A stretch of DNA of 63,160 nt, the filler included, from Lenisia limosa (taxonomy: Eukaryota > Protista > Breviatea), in NCBI GenBank assembly GCA_001655205.1. It is 17 parts of 17 records of this genome, joined end to end, with 100 filler letters (N's around TTAATTAATTAA, not from the genome) between each part and the next. Parts side by side here need not be neighbours in the genome. Positions count along the whole stretch, not along the records: positions 50,215 to 58,770 come from LPNZ01001648.1; positions 58,871 to 61,804 come from LPNZ01006576.1; positions 61,905 to 63,160 come from LPNZ01009049.1; 14 more parts are not named here. The stretch is one strand, 5' to 3'. Numbering within the stretch: position 1 is the first letter of the stretch; the number at the start of each line of letters is the position of its first letter. Below the pieces are notes generated by a model. The model ran no database searches, had not been told where the DNA came from, and saw only the letters and a list, made by a program, of their open reading frames with translations. A program made the translations under genes and the position numbers. Positions 52,088-62,204 of this stretch are shown piece by piece.

Positions 52088-55000
52088 CGATTCCTTCTTG
52101 GTAATAACATAGTACATCAATCCTAGACAATAAAAAAGGACATAATCAAAAGAATTACAAAACAATACAACCTACCTGGAAAAATATACACAATAAAAGT
52201 ACCAAAGAGAGAACCATTGTAGGCAATAACGTTTTCAATTTCTAAAACAATAAAAAATACGACACTACTGTGCAATGACTTGGGATTTCTGTGAAAAAGT
52301 TGGAATTCCCATCTTTTTCATGGGAATTCTATGAAATTGTATGTAAATCTGAAGAAATGTTTGGGAATATCAAATATTACAAGTCGATGTGCCTGTGGAG
52401 AGGAGGGGGTCAAAAACAAATCACCAAAACAACCCAGCCCACTCTTGTTAGCAAAGGCAATTGAGACGAGAGTGAATATTCCGAGGAAAGTTGTAAAGAA
52501 GTTTCTCGTTTTACTACACGCTTTTCCACCAAAAAACAGCGCTTCAAACTAAAAAATGAATCCAACAAAAGTATGGATTCACTTCAGCTCGAAAAATGAC
52601 TGAATTTCTTGATAAATCCTCGAAAACTATCGATATTTTACCAGTATTTTCCAAACCGAAGTGAAGCCTTAATGAGTCTGGGTATAACGCAATTCACATG
52701 GAAAAACATAAATAGGCAAGAAAAGATTGACCAATCTTCCCTCTTTCATTTGAGCGAATAGCATGGAAAACGAGGGGGAAAGTGAAGAGAATAGCTGCAG
52801 ACAAGCCAACGCGGGAGAAAAGAGCAAGATCATCATCACTACACGATTATGAAAGTTGACACAAAAAGAAAGGGGGAAACAAAATCACAGTAAGTTCCAA
52901 ATGTCAAGCATACTTGCTGAAATTGTTGAAAATATCACCCTCAGTTTCAGAACCGAACAAAAGGTATCCAGTAATTGCCTGCAGGATAAGTATTTGTAAC
53001 ACTTTGATATTATTTTAAAACAATACAATCTTAAATGCGGTAATATGTTTATATTTGAATATCAGGTAAAGAAAGTACGTGAGCAACATAATATATCACA
53101 TACTACATATATTTTGGGAAATTCCTCTTTTGAATTACTTACATACTTTCATTAGCAGCTTTCATTAAAAATACACACAATGAAAAACTGAAAAATATGA
53201 GACTCGGTTATTATTGCGTTATGAATCTGGTTTGACACCTGTTTGACAAATAAGCTTTAATCGTCTGATTTCCTTCTGTGTTGGAGTTAACTCCTTTGAC
53301 ACCCCCCTCATACAATGATAATATATAGACTGGTACAAATAATTGAAGAGAAGTAAATGACCTTGGCCATTTGTGAAGTACTACGCTTCTGAAAAAAAGT
53401 AAGCAACCTGTCCATAAAAGTATAGCTCTGTGCAGTTAATTATTTAAAGAAATTAAATTTCAAATTTAATGTGTCTGAAATGGCGTTTCCATGACAATAG
53501 GTCTCACTTCAAATTTGGTAATTGTTTTTCAATATTACACGAGGCCCTGATATAAAAACAAAAAAACAAAATTCAACATACCTTCAAGGTTTGGTAAAGG
53601 GCTGGCACATTGTAATGACATGTAAATGCCACAGACATCAGAGGAATGGCCATAAATACGTTCCAATTTCCACTGAAAACGTAGTTTACATCCTATAGTT
53701 ATCAGAATCGTGAAACTGAACCTCATGTTTCAGGAGGTGAAGAATGTCTTCAATCTTTGTAAATGGTTGGGGAGTATTCTGGATACAATTTTTCAAAAGA
53801 TAAAAACAATAGTTTCAACAAACTTAAATCACACGAAAAGTTAGAAAACAATGAAGGGAACCTGAAATGTCCTAGCTGTGTCTCGAGCTTTGTACTCTGT
53901 CTCTCCGCAACATACTGTTATATTTTAAGTATGGCTTCATTTAGGTTCAAAAAATACCAGTAAAATATCGAGGATCGATGATTTATCGGAAAATTATGTC
54001 GTTTTTCGAAAAAAATAAGTAAAGCCCTAATTTGAATGTAATAACTCAAAGAAGTGAAGGAAGCAGATACTCCCTATGATGTTTCCTTGAAGACAAAAAT
54101 TCCTTCCCGCTTCCACTACCCACCTCTCCAATGCCATTCTCATTAAAGCGGAAGCCAACAACAAAGACTGAGAAGAGAACAAAAATCAGGGAGAAGAATG
54201 ACGTGAACCTGAGACGATTCATGTCTGCAATAATAACAAAAAAATAAGGATTTTATTAATATTATAGCAACGAGAAATACAAAATAAGATTGTCTCTGGC
54301 AAAGCCGTCCCACCAACGCTTATAAGAGATTGTGAATGATAGTATAATATTCAAGCCGGAGTCCACTTAAACCAAAATTATACAATTATTGTTCTGGGGT
54401 GAACAAATGTATAATTTTGAGTTTCATCGTTTCCGTGAGATTATTAGCTGAATTCCTTAATAGCGCACAGCAATATCTCTGTTTTACACCATTTTGTGAA
54501 ATTATCTAAATTAATGAAATTTAGCACTTTCTATAGCGGATTTTAGACTTAGAAAATAGTATTATTTTCCAATTCTCTTGGAGTTGACTCAGAAAAGTGC
54601 ATATTTCTTGCAATGTTTCGCGAAAAATCGGGCAAAATTCCAAACAACAGTAGACTCCGGCTTTAATTCACCAAGTCATTTGACTTACAACTCTGTGCAC
54701 ACAACTTTCTGTGTGCCTCCCCAGCATATACAATATACTATGTAATATTGTATCCAACAAATGATATTCCTCCTCATCATCCTCTCATAATACTATATAT
54801 AGAGAGGAGAAGTATAACAAGGTTGTATCTGGTCGAAGCCGTCCACACCATCACCCTGTAGAGTATAATATTAATCCATTTGCCATACAACTCTGTATTT
54901 AGAACCTTCTACATGCATCCAAAGCATACCTCTCATAATACAAAGAGGCATGAGAATGAAAAGGGCGCTAGCATACAACATGAAGCCGCGGTTAGCAAGG

Positions 55001-56336
55001 ATGGTACCGGGAGCAAATTGGTCAAAAATCATAGGGAAAAAGTCACCTACAGTATAACAGTAAATGTTGGGATGAGAAATAGCAGTTTCGTTTGTGAATG
55101 AATTGACAAAATCAGAAATTGAAGTGTCAGAAATGGTGTTCTTGTTACAATATATCCGTTAATTTCTTAATTAATTGCATGGAGCTCTCACCAAGAAGGA
55201 CACTGAAAGCAATGCAAACACCGGATGTGTAGACCATAACCATGAATTGGACAAACGTGGCAATTTTAGGTCCCCATGCGGCTCTGGCAAGTCCGAGGTA
55301 CGAAAACGTCCCGGTACGTTCACCTGAAAACGCAGTAAAGACAGTGTGTACTCTGATATAAGTTTGTACTTGCTATTGTAATATAAGATTGTACTCTGAC
55401 GTAATTTTTATCCAAATACAAAAAAGGGTGACAATAAGCGAGGCAAAAACGACCCTTCCTTACACATTTCGACAATTGCTTTCATAGAGAAAAGCGAAAC
55501 AATGCAAACAAATAAAAGAAGCTAAGAGGTTAGAACCTATAAGAAATTCGAGTTAAGCTGAAATATATGGCTTGCTTGACTCTGTGCAATTAATTGATTT
55601 AAGAAATTAATTGAAAAATAATTCAGTGTCTGAAAAAGGGTTCTGGTTACGTTTAACTTTACAATTCAAAATAGAAAATCAATTACATGAATTTCTATTT
55701 TGCTTACTCCAAGTCCAACTGAAAGCCCACTGCCTCTGAGAGCAAAAGGGAGAGTCAAAATCCCACTAGATAGCATCAGTTACAGAAAAACATCTAAATG
55801 AAGCAGAAGAAAGTAACTAAACCTGAAGTACAAACATCAAAATTATAAGAGCATTGTAAAGCATAATGACCAATACTATCACATATTTTCAACCTAGTAA
55901 GATTTATTTCAACCTATTAGATAGATTCTGCTGTCCTAACATACAAAAAAAGGTAAGCACCACACATATAGCTTTGGTACCAAAAGAGTATAAATCTTCG
56001 ATCAATATCGATATGCTGCGGATCTTTTGGACAAAAGTGAAGCTCTACTACCCTTTAACAAGTTGATATTTTATCGGTCTTTTTCGAACCGAAGTGAAGC
56101 TTAATAATACCCTCAACTCATAAATGACCAAATACCCAAAAGAGTCTTCTGAAAATATTTTTAACATATTGAAATGATGCATCAACTCTTGATAAAAAAT
56201 GGTTTCACCATCACAACCAAAGAGCATAACCCCTCTCAGCCTACACGCCTATGATAGTATTCGATAAATTGAATGTGGCAGACGCAACTGTAGCATTGGA
56301 AGGTTCGTCAACAGGTTCCTCGGGGGGGATCATGTC
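52088..56336 (-). CDS. Amino-acid transporter, Aa_trans/SLC38 family
   Basis: Exons in order encode ATFNLSNTIIGVGILTLPFALRGSG, FSYLGLARAAWGPK, GDFFPM...LMPLCIMRDMNRLRFTSFFSL, AIPLMSVAFTCHYNVPALYQTLK, AITGYLLFGSETEGDIFNNF, LFSRVGLSAAILFTFPLVFHAIR and VIAYNGSLFGTFIVYIFP. Confidence 0.93.
54354..54662. mobile_element. Family E copy 2, nested in a family B element
   Basis: TTCA|AGCCGGAGTCCAC...GTAGACTCCGGCT|TTAA. It splits a B copy at its internal TATTAATTC site. Confidence 0.8.
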
Positions 56337-57595
56337 CTGAGGAGAGTTTAGAAGTTAAGGTCATTTGAACTTAAGGTTCAGTCTTTTGTTTTATTTTGGA
56401 AAAAAAGTGGTAAGAATAAAGGACTGAACTACCTTANNNNNNNNNNNNNNNNNNNNNNNNNNNNNNNNNNNNNNNNNNNNNNNNNNNNNNNNNNNNNNNN
56501 NNNNNNNNNNNNNNNNNNNNNNNNNNNNNNNNNNNNNNNNNNNNNNNNNNNNNNNNNNNNNNNNNNNNNNNNNNNNNNNNNNNNNNNNNTCTCCAGTTCT
56601 TCCTCCTGTGGCTCCCAAAAAGCAGCAAGAAATATGCAATTCTACAGGAAACACCCCTGAAGAGGTTAGTGAATGTCTGTTGAACGAAATATAATAATAA
56701 CATAAAAATCCGTCCCAATGTCTCCTTGTGCAAGTATTGCCTTTCACAACAGCCACTTATTATTTTATTAATTTAGGCTTCCAATTAATTGCAAATTTTG
56801 AAGTGAGACCTATTGTCATGGGAACTCCGTTTCAACTCCCCCTCTTACAATTAAAATTTATTCATGGCACAGAAGGCATCCAGAGCAGTAGTACACATTT
56901 TATTTCAGGCGGGTCACACGATCACAAGGAGGTTCACATCGGTCGGTCACATGGTTACAGGACCATTCAAGTTAAGTGTTTCCTCAAAACTACCCGATCT
57001 ATTGACGTGTGTGTATTTTCGTGGTCACAATCGTTTGTGGTGAATACTTGGTGAAAGACTCCTGTTAATGTTTCTGTCAATTTCCTAATGCATTATTCTG
57101 TTTTTGGGTTGACCGGGATCTTTACGATCTAGTTTTAAGCAATAATAATAATAAAACAAACAAGGGAACGAAAGCGTTAAAGATATTAAGGAACAGTTGA
57201 GTATTAGCAGTTGGAGATTTTATACATACAGAGCCAGTCTTGATTAGATCAGGCACCTTACAAGAAGAAAAAGCCAGTTTTTTGCGGCCCCGATGGCCCA
57301 ACAGTGAGTTTAATGCTTGAAAATACCATAATTAACATAAACAGGCACAGAATCCACGCGTCACCTGTCGCGCAGCACCGAAAGAAGGAAGAACTTTGGT
57401 TCGCGAGGTCAACTCTTCTGTCTTTCTCTTCGGAAACATGCTAATATCTTAGGGGAATCATTGAAAACGCCATTCACACGATCCATGCTCAAAAAATTTC
57501 GACTCTCTCTTTTGAGGAAATCTATAGATGCGGTTTTGACTTGGTATCCCAGAAGGTTTGCTTGTGATAATAGCGGTTTATGATAGTGTTCTTTT

Positions 57596-58728
57596 ATATG
57601 GATTGGAACAAGGGTGCGGGAGAGGTTGTTGCTCTTTTCCTCAGAGTTCTGTCACATGTATATTGGGATAAAATCAGTGCAAGAAACATTGGGTTTTGAT
57701 GAGCTGAGCTATACCTTTGTGGAGGTGGGGGGTGGGGTGTTCTGTGAGGTTTTTAGAATGTTGTAAAGTACTTGGTGCTAGGGTTGCTCTTGGAGTGGCC
57801 GAAATGCGGTCCTGATATGACAGCGTGTACTAAGTTGGTACATTGCAGGGGGTTGGAAATGTTGTCACTCAAAAAGTTTTACGACTTTGTGTCAAGGAAA
57901 AGGATGCATAAAGAGGTTTTGTCTTCTTTGTTAGTTAAACTTTTTTTATTGTATAATTCATATGTTCCCCCTTTAGCTTCATTTATACCCATTTTCTTGA
58001 AGCAAAGTCGTCAAACTTTTTTGGTCCAAACATTTCCAACCCTCAAAGTTTCCCTATCTTGTGACAATATTGGAGTTAATCAAGAAATTCTTCCTAATAG
58101 ATATTCCTTTTGTTTTTTTAGCCTTTTTAAAAGACCGCATACCAGAATCCCCCTTCTTGATAGTCTGAAAATAGTAGAACTGTATATAGCATCCATGTTT
58201 CATATCTCTATCCTCTTGAAAACTCCCTTTTTTCCTCATTTATTCATTTATAACATCATTTTGTTTTCACCTCTTTACAGCACTCCGATTATCTGAGGGA
58301 TAATTTGAACCGTGTCACCCATCGACGCTGTGAAGACATCGCGAAAAAGGTGGGATTGTGTTTTGACAATACAGGGAGAAAAGATCGGTTTATATATCAA
58401 AGATAATTATCGATCTTTGACCCTACCCCCTTATTTTGAGTTCTTTTTTTATTTCAGAAATTTCCAATTTTACTTGTACGCTCGAGTGATGAGATGCGGT
58501 GCTGTAGAAGCGACTGGCCTTTGTTTTGTTGTTATTAACCCTCGTGTGTTGTCAGCCAACAGAGCTGATTTGGGCTTTTTGTTTAACAAATTTTCAAATC
58601 TGACCCCCACCCCCACGCAGTTTTCAGAGACGACCGATACTGGCCCGGCCTTTTTGAGCTTTGTGCACCAGCAATGGAGCCAGTACCATATCGCGTCTTC
58701 GCTCACACGTGATATGATGCTTTATATG
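57596..58728 (+). CDS. Cullin-like protein, N-terminal fragment
   Basis: Exons 58281-58349 and 58621-58728 give HSDYLRDNLNRVTHRRCEDIAKKFSETTDTGPAFLSFVHQQWSQYHIASSLTRDMMLYM, matching cullin FL......W..Y......RDI.MYM. Upstream exons are less certain. Confidence 0.6.
58476..58620 (+). repeat. Family C: ~140-bp intron-shaped repeat that forms 3' splice sites (complete reference copy)
   Basis: GTACGCTCGAGTGATGAGATGCGGTGCTGTAGAAGCGACTGG...GTTGTCAGCCAACAGAGCTGATTTGGGCTTTTTGTTT...CTGACCCCCACCCCCACGCAG|exon. Other copies or parts: 1437-1600(-), 14405-14532, 14648-14779, 16900-16976, 17548-17677, 17870-17910(-), 23719-23878(-), 25520-25643(-), 26600-26715(-), 27312-27405, 29205-29329, 43287-43331, 44335-44410, 46025-46144(-), 51161-51244, 61027-61065, 61347-61380. 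Antisense exception at 1022-1068. Confidence 0.9.
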
Positions 58729-58870
58729 GTAGGTAGCTCTGTGTGTTGTTGCTTTATATGGAAGGTAGCTNNNNNNNNNNNNNNNNNNNNNNNNNNNNNN
58801 NNNNNNNNNNNNNNTTAATTAATTAANNNNNNNNNNNNNNNNNNNNNNNNNNNNNNNNNNNNNNNNNNNN

Positions 58871-61721
58871 AGAGCCTTTCCACTGTGGAACTAACGATCT
58901 CATGATCTGTCTCAAAGACGGCCAGGCCTTCCAGCACGGAGACTACATCACTACGGTACGGGGAGAGTGAGATATTTTATTGGTCATCTAAAAAGAGGGT
59001 AGCATTGTCCGTAGTTAAACAATAAAAAGTGATTAAAAATAATAAAAGGTTAAATTTTGCAACAGACATTTTTTTAAAGAGCCATCCCATTTTATTGCTC
59101 ATTGTATTGCGTGGATTATATTGTGATGACCGACTTTCGAGTTGAAATGTTAAGCTGATCTTGACCCCCGCTAGGCCTACTCAATTGAAGACAAGAACAA
59201 TCTGCAGTTGGTCGTTGTCACCACCGTTCCTCTCTCGGACTTCACCCAGAAAGTGGGGGGAGTAATGTGTATCATAGTATAATTATATGATTTTTATACA
59301 TATAAAGCTATACATGTATATATATGTGTGTGTATCGATTGACTCCATATGATATACTATATATCATAGAATATATATTATAGACTTCGCTTCGGTGACT
59401 AAAAATGAATTCTCTATAAATCCTCGATAAATATCATATTTTACGGGTCTTTTTGGGCCAATTTTACTCTTCCCCCCACAGTTGATTGAAGAACATGATA
59501 AGTTATCAGAGACCCTGTCTGATGACCGTGAACGTAACGTCATCTTTTCTTGTGAGTTGTTTGCCTAGTAATTTTCTTTCTTCAATTAATAAGTTCTTCT
59601 GTGGTAATGGCTGGATTTATTTATCAAACCTTGTTTTTTTTTCTCAACTCTTTGTCCAGCTTCTTAAACTCCCCCAGTTATTTGGCTGATAATTTGCCTC
59701 ACAATTCCCCAGTTATTTGGCTGATAATTTGCCTCGCAATCATGTCGTACGTTACACTCCTCATCACTCGGCCACTTCATTCGATCACGCAAAAGCTGAT
59801 CAAGCTATCCAAGTTCGACTTTGGAGGAATGCAGAGGTATGGACTCACCTATAGTATAGTTTTATGGTTATTTTACTTCCTTATATGGTATTTTTTAGGT
59901 CTATTCTTATATGGTAATTTTATGTTTCTATATGGTAATTTTATGGTTTTAGAACCGAATCGCAGCAGTCCCACACCCACCTCCAAGAAATCCACACCCT
60001 GCAGAGCTCCTTCCGTCACATGCACAGGAATATGACTTCTTTCTCGAGGTATGATGGGACGCTAATTCGATATATTATCAAAATGAGAACATTTTATCAA
60101 TTTCGCGATTATACTAAATTCGTTGAATGGCATTGATACTACCTTTTTTCGATGTTTCTCATTTTTAACTTCTAGTTGAAAAGCAGAGAAAATAATACAA
60201 TTTTTACTTCAACTAAAATAAATAAAAATCAATCGTGGCCTTATCCCAGTTACTGTATGTAACTCTATGCATATTTTCATAAACCTCTGCATTGACAGCC
60301 ACTTGATAGATAGTCCTCACATTTCGCAGATATGTTCCCTCCAATGTCGTCACACTTCTGAGTGAGGCCGGACAGGCGGCGGAGGTGAGGGGTTATATTC
60401 TGTTTCTCTTTTGTCTATTGATTCAAAAACAGTATTTTACTCCCGCTCCCCCCTAATGAAACAGTCTTCTTACACGGCCTCCACATATTTCCTTTCTAAG
60501 ATCCTGCTCTTTTTACTCCCGCCCACCCCCAGATTGGAGTGGTACCGCGGAATGTGACCATTTTTTTCAGTGATATTGAGGGCTTCACCGCCATTGCTGA
60601 GCGCCTTGCTCCCAACGAACTTATGGACGTAGGAGAGGGGTGTATTATTTTTTTTTCTTGTTTTCTTATTATTTTTTTTGTATTTATTTTGGATATAATT
60701 TACATGCCATAATAGGTAACATTTTGTAATAAACCATTTTGCTGTACTTACCATATTAGGTACTGTCGATGTATTTGACAGAAATGAGCCGAATTATTAT
60801 GTACAAAGATGGCACTGTTGGAGAGTTTATTGGAGAGTATGCCGGGGGGGGGGGTGTAGAAAGAAGCAAATTGAGGATTTTCACCCTAGATTATTTCTTT
60901 TGAGCNNNNNNNNNNNNNNNNNNNNNNNNNNNNNNNNNNNNNNNNNNNNNNNNNNNNNNNNNNNNNNNNNNNNNNNNNNNNNNNNNNNNNNNNNNNNNNN
61001 NNNNNNNNNNNNNNNNNNNNNNNNNNTGATTTGGCTTTGTTAGTTTCATAAATTTTCCAATTGATCCCATTTTTATTTATGATCTTAGTGCCATTTTAAC
61101 ACAAATTATTTACGATTTTAGCGCGATCATGGCCTTTTGGAACGCGCCATTTGAGGTTAAGAATCACGCGCAAATTGCGTGTAGCGCCACTCTTGAAATG
61201 ATTGAAGCCACCGCTAGTATCAGTGCCGGAATAAAGGTGGGGTCATACATACATAACCCAAATCAACTCTCGTCACACATACCCCCAATAGAGTTCATTC
61301 GGTTGTTTTGTTTCATTAGTTTTCCATAATCACCCTAACCCCCCGCCGCTGGAGTGATGGGATGCGGCGCTGCAGAAGCGNNNNNNNNNNNNNNNNNNNN
61401 NNNNNNNNNNNNNNNNNNNNNNNNNNNNNNNNNNNNNNNNNNNNNNNNNNNNNNNNNNNNNNNNNNNNNNNNNNNNNNNNNNNNNNNNNNNNNNNNNNNN
61501 NNNNNNNNNNNNNNNNNNNNNNNNNNNNNNNNNNNNNNNNNNNNNNNNNNNNNNNNNNNNNNNNNNNNNNNNNNNNNNNNNAAAAAGACCGAAAATATCG
61601 ATATTTAAACGGTCTTTTTTCCTAAGTACCATATAACCCCCCCAGGACGACATTCCGGAATGCGGTGATTTGCACATCCGGTGCGGCTTGGTCACCGGCA
61701 GGACTCTCTGTGGTAATATTG
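58871..61721 (+). CDS. Membrane class III nucleotidyl cyclase (TM-HAMP-cyclase), probably guanylyl-type; partial
   Basis: Ten in-phase exons (58871-58955, 59175-59252, 59482-59551, 59713-59836, 59953-60048, 60330-60384, 60533-60628, 60760-60836, 61122-61236, 61646-61721). They encode a TM helix, ITRPLHSITQKL...EIHTLQSSFRHM (HAMP), YVPSNVV, VTIFFSDIEGFT, GTVGEFIGDAIMAFWNAP and HIRCGLVTGRTLCGNIG. Confidence 0.93.
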
Positions 61722-62204
61722 GTATGTGGGGGTACCTATATAATAATAATCATAATAGTGATAATAATAACGGTGTTTTGGGTGGTATAATGGAGTGCCC
61801 CCCCNNNNNNNNNNNNNNNNNNNNNNNNNNNNNNNNNNNNNNNNNNNNTTAATTAATTAANNNNNNNNNNNNNNNNNNNNNNNNNNNNNNNNNNNNNNNN
61901 NNNNCATGTCCACGGTTTCCGCTATATATATGATATGATATACTATATAATATGGTTTGCTCAGATATTTCGTTATATACACCATCTATTTCAATCAAAT
62001 ACTAAAAGATATTAACCTATCATCTGTTATTTTATAGGATGGGAAACAAACAGCGAAATAACAAATATCATTGGTCGCACCTTTAGTGCCGCAACAACTT
62101 CATGGATCTTCAAAATATGAGACTGGTACATGGTTAGCCGAGTTTTGGCCAGACTACTGATGACCTATATTTATTTAGCTATAGTACTTCACAATTTTTG
62201 ATTT

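Larger units (their letters stand above)
3071..61860. other. Artificial contig linkers (N-padded TTAATTAATTAA); the window is a concatenation of unrelated contigs
   Basis: TTAATTAATTAA flanked by N runs at about 3071, 4418, 7407, 9706, 16244, 17814, 22089, 25812, 27256, 29868, 34760, 42713, 46189, 50159, 58815 and 61849. It gives stops in all six frames, and gene content changes abruptly across each linker. Confidence 0.97.

Noticed and set aside
52381-52392. 12-nt micro-exon in the transporter gene
   Set aside because: The flanking exons already join in phase without it, and it lies in a CACTA-like repeat end.
1024-61852. Numerous short ORFs in the track containing X runs
   Set aside because: They are artefacts of translating through N gaps and repeats.
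3071-61860. Gene neighbourhood or clustering (e.g. cullin next to cyclase, rRNA next to host genes)
   Set aside because: Adjacency across TTAATTAATTAA linkers is artificial.
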